DNA of 64,000 nt from Leptospirales bacterium (GCA_040326155.1 JBEQLE010000004.1:27829-91828); one strand, 5' to 3'; shown: positions 49,705 to 60,514, numbered from the stretch's first letter. Program-made: numbers and translations. The notes: generated by a model not told the origin, from the letters alone.

Positions 49705-51504
49705 ATGTTAAGAAAAAAAATACATTTTATACTGGCCGCACTGCTCTACCTGCCGATCACCTCGCTTACCGGAGCCGTAATACAATTGGATGATGCCGAT
49801 ACGACATTCCAGGTTTCCGATTATGAATTTAGTTATTATGATGCAACGGACAAAGAAATTGATATTAAAACCCTTATTCGCAGCCCCCGACTTTTTACCC
49901 CGGTTACGAACCAGGAATATTTTGGTTTCGGGAAAAAATTCGAATACTGGTTTAAAATAAAAATCTGGAACGTTACTCCGGAAAACAGGTGGGTTCTGTT
50001 TCTAAGCAACCCCAATACGGAACTGCTTGAAATTTACTACCTGGATGAACATAAAAAACTGCAAAACAAACGCTCCGGCGCCATCATCAATGCCAACGAA
50101 AAAGAGATTGAATCGCCATTTAGCGGGTTTTATCTATCCGGGCAGGCCAACAAACCGGTCGAATATTATATTAAATTACGCGATTCAAAATCGTTAATTA
50201 TTCCGTTTTATATTGCATCTTTAAAACAGTTTTTTACCATAAATAAAATCTTGAATTCCATCACCGGTATTGTAATCGGAATGATGGCCCTGCTGTTTTT
50301 CTTTAATCTGGGAATGTTTCTGGGAACTCGGCAGCCAATTTTTTTGTCATATATCGGGTTTATCTTTTTTCTTGATCTAATTTTATTGCACGAGTTAGGT
50401 GTCTTGTCCACCTTTATTGGGTATTGGAATCTCTGGTATTTTAAGTCCATGCCTATTGCAATGCCACTTTTTTTAATCGCCTTTTTATTTTTTGCCAAAC
50501 ATCTGACCATGACGACAAGAGAAAACAAAGGTAGATGGAACATCTGGATGGGCTTTGTGCTCTTGCAAATTCCTATGTTTATATTAGCCACCATCATTTC
50601 AAATTCTGATGCATATATATTAAGCTGGGGCAACTCAAACATAACATCGGTCTTTATTTTAATAATTACGGGAAGATTCGCAATAAAAGAAAACAATCTG
50701 GCTGCAAAAATTGCTTTTGTCGCCTGGTTTGCTAACTTCGCTTTATTAAATTCCATTTTCCTCTCTACAATGAATATCCTGCCGGTTGAACCAGTGGCAA
50801 CATTTTATACCTTCCTTTTCTTCGCCTCAGAAAATATTATCATGTCGTGGGTGCTTGTCATCTGGTGGAATGAGGAAAAAAATACACACAGAAGAACTCT
50901 TACAGAATTGCATAAATATAGATTCCGAGTGCTTCAAAATCGAATGCATCCCCATTTTTTATTTAATTCTTTAAATATTATCTACTCGATGATAGATGCT
51001 GAATTTACGAAAAAAGCCTCCACGTCGATTATGAGCCTAGCCGAAATTTACCGTTATTTAACTGAAGATGCTTTTGAAGAATTAATACCCTTGAAAAAAG
51101 AGATAACTTTTTTGCAAAAGTACCTGAGCTTTACAGAAGAAACCCTGGGAAAAAAGATTTCATATACGGTAAAAATAAAGGACGATATTGAGCATATTCC
51201 CATCCCCCCCATGTGTATTCAACCTCTAATTGAAAATTGCATAAAACACGGAATGAAAAACAATGCAACGCTTGAAGTAAAAGTAGTTGTCAAAAAGCAT
51301 GAAGATGGAGCAAAAGTTATCGTTCGCGATAACGGGAAAGGTCTACAAGGGGAGAACAAGGCCAACACGTTAAGCAACATTAAAGAAAGAATTTCAATGC
51401 ACTACAAAAAAACAATATTCACAATCGAAAAAAACAAAGATGGAGGCGTTACCATCCAACTTGCGTTCAAAGGCTTAAAAAACAGACTGGAGATTAGACC
51501 ATGA
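49705..51504 (+). CDS. 7TM-DISM sensor with LytS-type histidine kinase
   Basis: Extracellular DISM domain, about 7 TM helices, MHPHFLFNSLN, IQPLIENCIKHG, DNGKG. Confidence 0.9.
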   Translation: MLRKKIHFILAALLYLPITSLTGAVIQLDDADTTFQVSDYEFSYYDATDKEIDIKTLIRSPRLFTPVTNQEYFGFGKKFEYWFKIKIWNVTPENRWVLFLSNPNTELLEIYYLDEHKKLQNKRSGAIINANEKEIESPFSGFYLSGQANKPVEYYIKLRDSKSLIIPFYIASLKQFFTINKILNSITGIVIGMMALLFFFNLGMFLGTRQPIFLSYIGFIFFLDLILLHELGVLSTFIGYWNLWYFKSMPIAMPLFLIAFLFFAKHLTMTTRENKGRWNIWMGFVLLQIPMFILATIISNSDAYILSWGNSNITSVFILIITGRFAIKENNLAAKIAFVAWFANFALLNSIFLSTMNILPVEPVATFYTFLFFASENIIMSWVLVIWWNEEKNTHRRTLTELHKYRFRVLQNRMHPHFLFNSLNIIYSMIDAEFTKKASTSIMSLAEIYRYLTEDAFEELIPLKKEITFLQKYLSFTEETLGKKISYTVKIKDDIEHIPIPPMCIQPLIENCIKHGMKNNATLEVKVVVKKHEDGAKVIVRDNGKGLQGENKANTLSNIKERISMHYKKTIFTIEKNKDGGVTIQLAFKGLKNRLEIRP

Positions 51505-52172
51505 CACTATCGGCATTAGTTGTAGAAGATGAATATTGGGCCCGACGCCTGTTAATTAAATTTATTGAGTCGAGAAAAGAGCTACGCCTTGAGGCGCAGG
51601 CCGATAACGGACTAGACGCAGAAAAGTATATAGATAACCAGAGGTTCGACCTTGTTTTTTTAGACTTGAATTTACCGGAAAAAGACGGACTGAGCTTACT
51701 TCCGAAAATAGACAAGTCAACGATTGTAATTATTATAACAAACCGAAGAGACTCTGCTTTACAGGCATATGAAGAAGGGGTAATCGATTATGTTTTAAAA
51801 CCGTTCGACGAAAAAAGATTTCATGAAGCCGTTGATCGCGCTGTTCGGTACTACTCCGGTGAAAAAGGAGTATATGAAAAAGAAAAATTAGATCACATTA
51901 TTCAAAAGTACGAAAACCTTTTCAAAGTACTGCAACAAAAATTCTATCTGACATACCAGGAGGCGAGTATTTGTAAAAGCATCGTCCAGGGTGAGTCCCG
52001 CCAAAGGTTAATGGAAGTGTATGAAATTGGAGCTACGACTTTAAAGTCCCACTTGCGAACCATTTATTCCAAAACGATTGACCTTGAATCGGTGAACTTC
52101 TCAGAAAAACACCATAAATTTCATGAACTCTACCTGTTTCTAAACAAAGTCGACGCCGAATTTGAGCAGTAG
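51501..52172 (+). CDS. Response regulator (LytR-type REC, LuxR-like HTH output)
   Basis: VVEDE, FLDLNLP, DYVLKPF; LTYQEASI...TLKSHLRTIYSK. Confidence 0.88.
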   Translation: MTLSALVVEDEYWARRLLIKFIESRKELRLEAQADNGLDAEKYIDNQRFDLVFLDLNLPEKDGLSLLPKIDKSTIVIIITNRRDSALQAYEEGVIDYVLKPFDEKRFHEAVDRAVRYYSGEKGVYEKEKLDHIIQKYENLFKVLQQKFYLTYQEASICKSIVQGESRQRLMEVYEIGATTLKSHLRTIYSKTIDLESVNFSEKHHKFHELYLFLNKVDAEFEQ

Positions 52173-52229
52173 GAAAACTGATTTTCTGCTTTTCCTTTTG
52201 TCTAAAGTATCATATTGGTTATATCAGGT

Positions 52230-52850
52230 ATGGATGCATCGCATATTCCTACGGGAAATTATTACAATAAACAAAAAACAAAAAACCCTATAGAACGTTT
52301 TCTGGTAACCCATTTCGATAAGCAATTACGAAAAATGTTTGAGAAGGTCAATTTAAGTAAAACATTAGAAATTGGCTGCGGAGAAGGAAACAATGTCGTT
52401 GAAATAAAAGATCTGAATTCTGACGCCCATTATACCGGAACCGACATAGATCATGATTTACTTGAACAAACCAAAGAAAAAGGGGCCGATGATGTTATCT
52501 ATACCGATCCAGAAAAGGCAATATCAATAAAGTTTCCTGATAATTCTTTTACCACCGTCATGATGGTTGAAGTGCTGGAACACCTGCCCGATCCTGAACT
52601 CGCATTGAAAGAAGCGGCGCGACTAACTTCCGATCAATTTATTGCCACTGTCCCTCTGGAACCTCTATGGCGGTTTATGAATTTAATGCGTTTTAAATAT
52701 ATTTCCGATCTGGGAAATACTCCTGGACATATTAACCACTGGGGTCGATCAAGTTTCCGTAAATTGATATCCCGACATTTTGATATTGTGGAATGCAAAA
52801 TTCAACTGCCATGGATAATGATCAGAGCCCGAAAACGAACCGGCGAATAA
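52230..52850 (+). CDS. Class I SAM-dependent methyltransferase
   Basis: LEIGCGEG, EVLEHL, GNTPGHINHW. Confidence 0.9.
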   Translation: MDASHIPTGNYYNKQKTKNPIERFLVTHFDKQLRKMFEKVNLSKTLEIGCGEGNNVVEIKDLNSDAHYTGTDIDHDLLEQTKEKGADDVIYTDPEKAISIKFPDNSFTTVMMVEVLEHLPDPELALKEAARLTSDQFIATVPLEPLWRFMNLMRFKYISDLGNTPGHINHWGRSSFRKLISRHFDIVECKIQLPWIMIRARKRTGE

Positions 52851-53842
52851 TGAAAAGCAGAATTGGAATAAAAAATATAATCGCCTTTATTGTCTCCATT
52901 GGTTTATTGATTTACCTTTTTCAACAGGTAAATCTGCATAATATTGTACAACACTTTACGCAAATAAGCTGGCTTGAATTTTTTATCATTGCCGGAATAT
53001 ATTTTTCAACAGTTTTTTTTCGGGGACTGCGAATTAACAGCTTAGTGCAGGGGAGTTTCTCTCGGACTAAAGCTGTCTCTTTTTCAGCCATACACAGTTT
53101 TGCAAATCACGTATTTCCTTTTCGCATGGGTGAATTAGTTTTACCATGGTTGTTCAATAAATACACAACTTATAATTACGCAAGCTCCTTTTATGCTTTA
53201 GTACTTATGCGGTTATACGATTTAATCGTCGTACTATTTATCTTCACGGGTTCCTTCTTATTCTACTATATGTCCAGAAATACCAGTATGGATCCGGTTA
53301 TATTTTCAATCGCCATCTTCCTGGAAGTACTGCTGTTACTCGGACTTGTTTTTTCCGAAAAATTAATCAAAATGCTCTTCAAGATTATGCAAAGTTTGAG
53401 TAAAAAACTGGGTCAACGGGGAAAACGGTTCGCGTTCCGGCTCAGTGAAATAGAAGAAAATATTACTGCACTGCAAAAGAAAGAAACCAGCGCCGCAAAA
53501 TATATTTTTTTACCCGCGTTCACTTTCGCTTTATGGATGTCGAATTATATCATGTTTTTTACAGTGCTTAAATTTTTGCAAATAAAAATTGGATTCTGGA
53601 CAAGCGTTCTGGGATCATCCGGAGCTATTGTCACGAATTTATTACCCATAAACGGACTGGGAAGTTTTGGTACCCTTGAAGCCGGATGGACTCTTGGGTT
53701 TATGTTTGTCGGGTTGGATAAAAACAGCGCCATCGCAAGCAGTTTTGTTATGCACATTATCGTAGTCTTTGTAGGAATGATTATAGCAGGAACAGGATTT
53801 ATTCTATTGCAATACAAGTCGAAAACTCGTCAAAACAAGTAA
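52850..53842 (+). CDS. UPF0104/LPG-synthase-TM flippase-like membrane protein
   Basis: P.RMGE, R.YD, LPINGLGSFGTLEAGW. Confidence 0.85.
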   Translation: MKSRIGIKNIIAFIVSIGLLIYLFQQVNLHNIVQHFTQISWLEFFIIAGIYFSTVFFRGLRINSLVQGSFSRTKAVSFSAIHSFANHVFPFRMGELVLPWLFNKYTTYNYASSFYALVLMRLYDLIVVLFIFTGSFLFYYMSRNTSMDPVIFSIAIFLEVLLLLGLVFSEKLIKMLFKIMQSLSKKLGQRGKRFAFRLSEIEENITALQKKETSAAKYIFLPAFTFALWMSNYIMFFTVLKFLQIKIGFWTSVLGSSGAIVTNLLPINGLGSFGTLEAGWTLGFMFVGLDKNSAIASSFVMHIIVVFVGMIIAGTGFILLQYKSKTRQNK

Positions 53843-53874
53843 GTTCAAGTCATAAAATCTGTCTTCTATTATTG

Positions 53875-55191
53875 TTAATCTATACAAAATATATCGTGCA
53901 AACCGGCCTTGGTTTTTTTTGTAACCGCCTTCCGCCCAGGCTTGTTAATTTGTTTTACATAGTTTTTCATATTGCATAATATGGGATGATTATTACGATA
54001 CTCTCGGCTCAATTTTGCTTTAATCACAAAACTTTTTTCAAAAAGTTTATGAATATCAGCCACACTTATTTTACGTAATGTTCCTGTCGTGTTTAAATCA
54101 ACAACCTTCGTTTTACCGGTACTGAGGTTTACCCCATTTTGAAATTTTCCTTTTTCGGCGTGGTAAAAAAAAGTCATCAGATAATTTCTTCCTTCGAAAA
54201 TAAGCGGCAATCTATCGATTTGAATATCCGCTTTTTCAATGCTCATTCGGTTGAAATCAAAAGAAAAGGGTTTATTCCTCCGGTTTCGGGCGACGATTTC
54301 AGCCTTTCCCAATTCACGACGGCCATTACTATAGAAAACGCCATTAATGTCAGCAGCATACGGAGAAAAGTTTGCGCTGGCCTGCACATAGAGCGTCTCT
54401 TGATTTGGAGACAGTCCAAGTGTTCCCGAATACAAGACAAGGTTATCGGAAATAATACGTATGCTTTGTGTGTCAAACTGAGCTTGAATCGTCCCCTCTC
54501 CCGTAACAAGAAGTTCATTATTTTGCTCTATTTTGATCGACCATAAAGAGTCTCGAGATTTTTTATCTAATATTTTCAATGAAAAATGTAAACCTGTCTC
54601 TGTCTCGGGCCACTGCATATAAAATTTTAAAATGCCGGTCTGGTCATAAATCAAGTTGCGTATGACAAAGTTATACTGTTTATTCAATACTTTGAGGGAT
54701 TCAATTGTTAAATCCGGGGCGGAACTTTTTTGGGAATGGTCAGGAAAAATAATATCCATCAAGTTATTTGACCTTAAAGCCATTAAGCTATTTTTGATAA
54801 ACCGGGAATTGACTTCAACCCCCTGCACATCAACTATAGCTTTGGAACGATAGGCAAAATACTTCACCGTGACCGGAATAACAATTTTACCGATGCCGTA
54901 TCCGGTCCCAAAAATAATAATGATAGAGAAAATTAGAGCGGGAAAAAAACTGACTATACCTGCAATAAAAAGATCTCCGAAAAACAGACGATAAGTAAGC
55001 GTTTTACGAATATCCGTTTTTTCTTTGCTCAACAGAGATATAATGTATCTATATTCTAAAATTATCAGTGCCGGAATGCTCGCTAACAGCAAACTGAAAA
55101 TCAGGGGCAAAATAAGTAGTATATGGGCTGCGACAATCAGCATCGCTGTTTGCGCTACAAATAAAAGAATATATATTAATTTTTTATTCAT
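53875..55191 (-). CDS. Hypothetical membrane protein
   Basis: N-terminal TM helices followed by a beta-rich region; in operon with the glycosyltransferases. Confidence 0.7.
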   Translation of the reverse strand: MNKKLIYILLFVAQTAMLIVAAHILLILPLIFSLLLASIPALIILEYRYIISLLSKEKTDIRKTLTYRLFFGDLFIAGIVSFFPALIFSIIIIFGTGYGIGKIVIPVTVKYFAYRSKAIVDVQGVEVNSRFIKNSLMALRSNNLMDIIFPDHSQKSSAPDLTIESLKVLNKQYNFVIRNLIYDQTGILKFYMQWPETETGLHFSLKILDKKSRDSLWSIKIEQNNELLVTGEGTIQAQFDTQSIRIISDNLVLYSGTLGLSPNQETLYVQASANFSPYAADINGVFYSNGRRELGKAEIVARNRRNKPFSFDFNRMSIEKADIQIDRLPLIFEGRNYLMTFFYHAEKGKFQNGVNLSTGKTKVVDLNTTGTLRKISVADIHKLFEKSFVIKAKLSREYRNNHPILCNMKNYVKQINKPGRKAVTKKTKAGLHDIFCID

Positions 55192-55203
55192 TTTATCAAT
55201 TCA

Positions 55204-56481
55204 TCAAGTTAAATTTGAAAAATATAGTTGTAGATTTGATAATATACTGTAGTTGATCCCGTTTAAAAAAATAACTACTACGCCGGCATTGAGCAAAGAA
55301 AAGACAATCAAGCGAGCTTTATCATTGCCAGTACTTATTTTATCTTTCCATCTGGTGACCTGTCGTTTTATAGATCGAAAACTTTCATAATAAAAATTAG
55401 CGGCTATCAATATCCAGCAGAAAAAACCATAGATTGCGGAAAAAGGATGAACTGCGGTATGATTCAGCATTACGGCAAACCAGGAAAGCCCCGCCGGAAT
55501 TATAAACAAGAAAAGAAAATATTTTCTTCTTTCCTCTCGAGGAGTTATGAAAACACTCAATAAAAAAAGCGCCAGATAAAAATCGAGCGGTAAATACCAA
55601 AAAGTGGAAACACGCTCATTTAATATTTGCGGGTATCGCTTTTTAAAATCAAAATTTAAAAATGCATTTTTAGTACCTTGTTTTTCTTTACTGGAAATTT
55701 CGAGTGTTCTATATGCCCCTTTGTTTACTAATTTGGTAAAAGCATTTTTATATCCGCCGGATTCTAAGGCCATAAGAGAAATTACAATAAAAACGGCTAA
55801 AACGGCTGAGGCCCCATAAGTAAATACATAAGGAATACTTTTTCGAAAACCTGTTTTATACCAATGAATGCCCGCTAAAATTAAAAAAGTGGACATATAA
55901 AACATCCAGTAATTCAAGCACGCAATCATATAACCGGCGACCGCCATAATAATCCACTTCTTGTTTTTCGAGTTTACAAACAACGTAGCCCCGAGTATTG
56001 CCATGTTGAATCCAAAAAAAGAGTACGGATGATGGTGTATAACGCTGCCATAATACGGTAAAAATGGCATGAACGCCAAAAGAAGCACTGCTATATTTGC
56101 CATAGCGGCAGATTGAAAAAGTAAACGGACCCAAAAGTAGAAAAAGGCAGCGCCGATTAAAGAAAAAAGAGCGCTGATAAATTGTGAGGCTATATAATCC
56201 GTAGCACCCATTTTCATCGTTAAGATTGTAAATGCCTGGTAAATACTCGGATTATGACCATGAAAAAGAAAGTAGTACGCCACTGATTCATCCGGTCTTT
56301 TTACCTGCGCCATGGCTTTACTGTAGGCTCTATAAACTGTCGCTCCGTAATCGCCTCCGCTTCTGTCTGTGTGAATATCCAGCATATGGTTAGCCGGAAC
56401 GTTTCGTATCGTCCAGAAAATGGACAAAAACAGCAGAGTACAAATCAAAGCCCAGTAACGTTGTACGAATTGTATTTTCAT
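55204..56481 (-). CDS. GT-C fold (ArnT/PMT-like) membrane glycosyltransferase
   Basis: Multi-TM topology, HNP motif in the first external loop; downstream of the GT2 gene. Confidence 0.65.
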   Translation of the reverse strand: MKIQFVQRYWALICTLLFLSIFWTIRNVPANHMLDIHTDRSGGDYGATVYRAYSKAMAQVKRPDESVAYYFLFHGHNPSIYQAFTILTMKMGATDYIASQFISALFSLIGAAFFYFWVRLLFQSAAMANIAVLLLAFMPFLPYYGSVIHHHPYSFFGFNMAILGATLFVNSKNKKWIIMAVAGYMIACLNYWMFYMSTFLILAGIHWYKTGFRKSIPYVFTYGASAVLAVFIVISLMALESGGYKNAFTKLVNKGAYRTLEISSKEKQGTKNAFLNFDFKKRYPQILNERVSTFWYLPLDFYLALFLLSVFITPREERRKYFLFLFIIPAGLSWFAVMLNHTAVHPFSAIYGFFCWILIAANFYYESFRSIKRQVTRWKDKISTGNDKARLIVFSLLNAGVVVIFLNGINYSILSNLQLYFSNLT

Positions 56482-56513
56482 ATAAAAACCTTTAACGAGT
56501 ACAAAAACAAATG

Positions 56514-57449
56514 TTAATCATATATTTGCTTTTTGTATTGATTATAATGATCTTCAATAATTTTACGATTAACTCCGATCAATCCTGCAACGATGGCGAT
56601 TACAATAAAAAAACCACTGCCTGAAAATATAAAAACAGCAATTACCAACGACTGAATATGACCGCTTCCGTCGCCGGTAAAATAGAAATACAAAAATCTT
56701 AATATGAGCAATATTGCGGGGATTGAAAAAAGTACGCCAAAAAACATAAATGTTTTAAACGGTTCATATATCACACTCACCCGTAGCATGGATAAACCCG
56801 ACTTATACATATGGTGAAAAATATTTTTAAATAACCTGGAATCTCGTGTGGGTGGATTCGTGTCAATAGGTATCTCGACGATCTTCAACCCTTTTTTTAC
56901 CGACTGAACAATGGTGTCTAGCACATAGGAAAATTTTGTCGTTACATTAATATGTAATAAAGCATTCTTGGAATAAGCTCGAAAACCTGAAACAGTATCT
57001 TGAACTTTAGTCCCGATTAATCGACGAACCACCATATTTCCAAACCACTGAAAAATACGTTTGACTATCGAGAAATATTTGACTTTCCATGGCTGCCGAT
57101 TTCCAATTACCAGGTCAGCTTTATTATGTAAAATTTCATAAACCAGAGCAGGTATATATTTTCCCGGATACTGGTGGTCAGCATCGGTATTAACCATGAT
57201 ATCTGCCCCTTTTTCCAAAGCAGCTTTCATTCCGGTTTTAAAAGCTTCCCCTAACCCTCTGTTTACGGCATGTTGTATAACCTGAGCTCCGCATTTTTTC
57301 GCAATTTCCCCGGTCCGGTCTTGAGAACCGTCATCGATAACCTGTACTTTTATTTGAGAAATTCCAGTAATTTTTTTCGGTAGATCTTTTATTACCCTCT
57401 CAATAGTCTCTTCTTCATTGTAACAGGGGATATTGATAATAAGTTTCAT
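56514..57449 (-). CDS. GT2 polyprenol-phosphate glycosyltransferase
   Basis: IPCYNEE, DDGSQD, TDADHQY, SGFRAYS; two C-terminal TM helices. Confidence 0.93.
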   Translation of the reverse strand: MKLIINIPCYNEEETIERVIKDLPKKITGISQIKVQVIDDGSQDRTGEIAKKCGAQVIQHAVNRGLGEAFKTGMKAALEKGADIMVNTDADHQYPGKYIPALVYEILHNKADLVIGNRQPWKVKYFSIVKRIFQWFGNMVVRRLIGTKVQDTVSGFRAYSKNALLHINVTTKFSYVLDTIVQSVKKGLKIVEIPIDTNPPTRDSRLFKNIFHHMYKSGLSMLRVSVIYEPFKTFMFFGVLFSIPAILLILRFLYFYFTGDGSGHIQSLVIAVFIFSGSGFFIVIAIVAGLIGVNRKIIEDHYNQYKKQIYD

Positions 57450-57611
57450 AAATGAGCTTTAAAAAAAGGCGATAAACCTGCTCACTAAAAATGCAACGAC
57501 GTTATAACCTGTCAACAATTTATTAGCTTATGTCTTGTCTTCGGATTTACGTGCTACCTTGAAATCTGTTTTTAGTTTGACTGTTCAAAACTTTTTTTTA
57601 GGGTGGTGGAC

Positions 57612-58781
57612 ATGAACATACACGAATATCAAGCAAAGGAATTATTTAAAAAATACAATGTCCCGACACCACGAGGACATGTGGCGCTGACCCCCGATGA
57701 GGCATTACAGGCCGCTAAAGAGCTCGGAGGCAGTATATGGGTTGTAAAAGCTCAGATACATGCCGGAGGTAGAGGGCTTGGAGGCGGCGTGAAGCTCGCG
57801 AAATCCCTGGATGAAGTAACGCAATTTGCGACGGAAATTCTTGGCATGCAACTGGTAACGCACCAGACCGGTCCCGAAGGTAAACTCGTACAAAAAGTTT
57901 ACGTTGAAGAAGGGGCCAAGATCGAAAAAGAGTATTACCTTGGCATGGTCCTTGATCGAGCTTCTGAAATGCCCGTAATGATGGCCTCCACCGAAGGCGG
58001 AATGGAAATTGAAATTGTTGCCGAAAAATCTCCCGAAAAAATTGTGAAAGTCGCGATTGACCCTCTTATCGGATTTCGAGGTTTTCATGGCAGAAAAATT
58101 GCCTTTGGTCTCGGCTTACCGAAAGAAGAGATTGGAAATTTTATTAAATTTGCCTCGTCCTTATATGATGTCTATATGGACAATGACGCCGAAATGATCG
58201 AAATTAACCCGCTCATTAAAACCGTGGATGGACAATTCGTAGCCCTGGATGCAAAAATGGGTTTTGATAATAACGCCCTTTTTCGTCAATCTGATATTAA
58301 TGATATGCGCGACTTATCGGAAGAAGAGCCTACCGAAACCGAAGCAGGCGAATATGGTTTAAGTTACGTAAAACTCGACGGTAATGTCGGTTGTATGGTC
58401 AACGGGGCCGGCCTCGCTATGGGAACTATGGATACCATTAACTATGAAGGTGGAGAACCTGCCAACTTTCTCGACGTTGGTGGTGGAGCAAACCCCGAAA
58501 CAGTCGCAAAAGGGTTTGAAATTATTCTGGCCGATAAAAACGTAAAGGCAATTTTTGTAAATATTTTTGGTGGTATTGTAAGATGCGACCGGGTAGCAAA
58601 CGGAATTCTCGAAGCTACTAAAATTACAAAAATCGATGTGCCTGTCATTGTCCGCCTTGATGGAACAAACGCAAAAGAGGCCGCAGAGATCTTAAACAAC
58701 GCCGGAATTGAAAACATTGTTACGGCGACCGACCTTGCTGATGGCGCCAAAAAAGCTGTCGCAGCAGCGAAAGGAGCATAA
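57612..58781 (+). CDS. sucC: Succinyl-CoA synthetase beta subunit
   Basis: [36 protein letters not shown]. Confidence 0.98.
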   Translation: MNIHEYQAKELFKKYNVPTPRGHVALTPDEALQAAKELGGSIWVVKAQIHAGGRGLGGGVKLAKSLDEVTQFATEILGMQLVTHQTGPEGKLVQKVYVEEGAKIEKEYYLGMVLDRASEMPVMMASTEGGMEIEIVAEKSPEKIVKVAIDPLIGFRGFHGRKIAFGLGLPKEEIGNFIKFASSLYDVYMDNDAEMIEINPLIKTVDGQFVALDAKMGFDNNALFRQSDINDMRDLSEEEPTETEAGEYGLSYVKLDGNVGCMVNGAGLAMGTMDTINYEGGEPANFLDVGGGANPETVAKGFEIILADKNVKAIFVNIFGGIVRCDRVANGILEATKITKIDVPVIVRLDGTNAKEAAEILNNAGIENIVTATDLADGAKKAVAAAKGA

Positions 58782-58785
58782 CAAA

Positions 58786-59655
58786 ATGAGTATTCTTGTA
58801 AATAAAGATTCAAAAATTATCGTCCAGGGGTTTACCGGAAAAGAGGGAACCTTTCACTCCGAGCAATGCCTCGCTTATGGCACAAAAATTGTTGGTGGAG
58901 TAACTCCCGGCAAAGGCGGACAAGTCCATCTGGATAAACCAGTTTTTAATACTGTCGAAGAGGCTGTAAATACTACCAAAGCCACCGTTTCGATGATATT
59001 TGTTCCCCCCGCCTTTGTCGCCGACGCCGTCATGGAAGCCGCCGACGCAGGTATTGAACTTGCTGTTATAATTACAGAAGGCGCGCCTGTAAAAGACATG
59101 ATGTACGCTAAAAACTACTCAACTAAAAAAAATATGAAAACCATCGGGCCAAATTGTCCCGGTATTATTACAGCCGAAGAGTGCAAAATCGGTATTATGC
59201 CCGGTTTCATCTTTAAAAAAGGGAGTGTTGGCCTTATTTCTAAATCGGGAACGCTTACCTATGAGGCCTCCAACCAGGTTGTACAGGTGGGTTATGGTAT
59301 TACTACCGCTGTTGGAATCGGCGGAGACCCTATTATCGGTTTAAGCTACAAAGAACTTTTACCAATGTTTGAAGCCGACCCTGAAACCGAAGCCATTGTA
59401 ATGATTGGTGAAATTGGCGGTGATCTTGAAATTCAAGCGGCCACTTATATTAAAGAGAACATAAAAAAACCCGTTGTCGCATTTATTGCAGGTCAAACAG
59501 CCCCCAAAGGCAAACGAATGGGACATGCCGGAGCTATTATTTCTGGAGGTGCCGGAACAGCCCAGGAAAAAATGGACGCCCTAAAAGCGGCCGGAGTTCA
59601 TGTGGTAGTAAGCCCCGCAGAAATTGGAAAAAAACTAAAAGAAGTCCTTGGTTAA
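58786..59655 (+). CDS. sucD: Succinyl-CoA synthetase alpha subunit
   Basis: [36 protein letters not shown] before ATG 58786. Confidence 0.98.
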   Translation: MSILVNKDSKIIVQGFTGKEGTFHSEQCLAYGTKIVGGVTPGKGGQVHLDKPVFNTVEEAVNTTKATVSMIFVPPAFVADAVMEAADAGIELAVIITEGAPVKDMMYAKNYSTKKNMKTIGPNCPGIITAEECKIGIMPGFIFKKGSVGLISKSGTLTYEASNQVVQVGYGITTAVGIGGDPIIGLSYKELLPMFEADPETEAIVMIGEIGGDLEIQAATYIKENIKKPVVAFIAGQTAPKGKRMGHAGAIISGGAGTAQEKMDALKAAGVHVVVSPAEIGKKLKEVLG

Positions 59656-59666
59656 TATATAGGGGC

Positions 59667-59708
59667 ATCGTATATAGGGACACAACATGTTGTGACTCTA
59701 TATACGAT
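59667..59708. repeat. REP-like palindrome / bidirectional terminator between convergent sucD and cutA
   Basis: atcgtatatagggacacaacatgttgtgactctatatacgat. Confidence 0.65.
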
Positions 59709-59717
59709 ATATAAAAC

Positions 59718-60038
59718 TTATTTTTTATCAGTCACTTCGAACATCCAGTTTAAATAACCTGGATCAACTTCTTTAATTGCTATCATAGTAATTTCGGGGA
59801 TTTCATAGGAGTGCAAACCTTTTATAGCCAGTTCTAAGTCCCGCCAGTTGTCGGAGAAACTTTTTATAATAAGTTTATACTCTTCCTCTTGTTGAATTTC
59901 ACCCTTCCAGCGATAAATCGACTGAACCGGACCAAGAATATTTACGCACGCAGCCAGGCGAGCTTCCACTAAAGCCCTGGAAATTTTTTCACCTTCTTCA
60001 AGTGAGGAAACTGTTGTTGTAACTAATACAGGGGTCAT
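59718..60038 (-). CDS. cutA: Divalent-cation tolerance protein CutA
   Basis: LAACVNI, SIYRWKG, HSYEIPEI. Confidence 0.95.
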   Translation of the reverse strand: MTPVLVTTTVSSLEEGEKISRALVEARLAACVNILGPVQSIYRWKGEIQQEEEYKLIIKSFSDNWRDLELAIKGLHSYEIPEITMIAIKEVDPGYLNWMFEVTDKK

Positions 60039-60514
60039 TGGTCATCAGTGTCTGTGTCTGTGTCTGTTCCTGCGTTTGTGTCCGTTTTTGTTGAAGTTTT
60101 AGAACTACCAGTGTCACAATTATCATCACCAATTCGAACGACATCAGAACCAGGTTCCACATAAAATTTTTCATCGATTGGCAATACTCGATATGTTTCG
60201 GGGTCGTTTTCATAAATAACATAACCCGTAAATTCATTGTAAGTAATATAATACATAAATTTATGTATCGATGCCTTTTCATATTGGCCATTGCTGATTT
60301 TTATATCTGCATACCCGCAATATTTATAATACCTGAGTAAGGAAAGTTTAACGGCGACAGTAAGGTTATCTTGCAATAGAGTTGCTTTCTCGTCATCGGA
60401 TAGTTGCTTATGTTTTTCCTGATTATCAAGTTGATTATACTTTTGCTGAATTGGCCCTCCATACACAGAAAAAAATAGGGATATTGATAAAAACAAAACA
60501 AAGTAACTTTTCAT
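60035..60514 (-). CDS. Exported hypothetical protein with a TD-repeat tail
   Basis: Signal peptide; GGAGG SD; 4-bp overlap with cutA. Confidence 0.75.
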   Translation of the reverse strand: MKSYFVLFLSISLFFSVYGGPIQQKYNQLDNQEKHKQLSDDEKATLLQDNLTVAVKLSLLRYYKYCGYADIKISNGQYEKASIHKFMYYITYNEFTGYVIYENDPETYRVLPIDEKFYVEPGSDVVRIGDDNCDTGSSKTSTKTDTNAGTDTDTDTDDQ

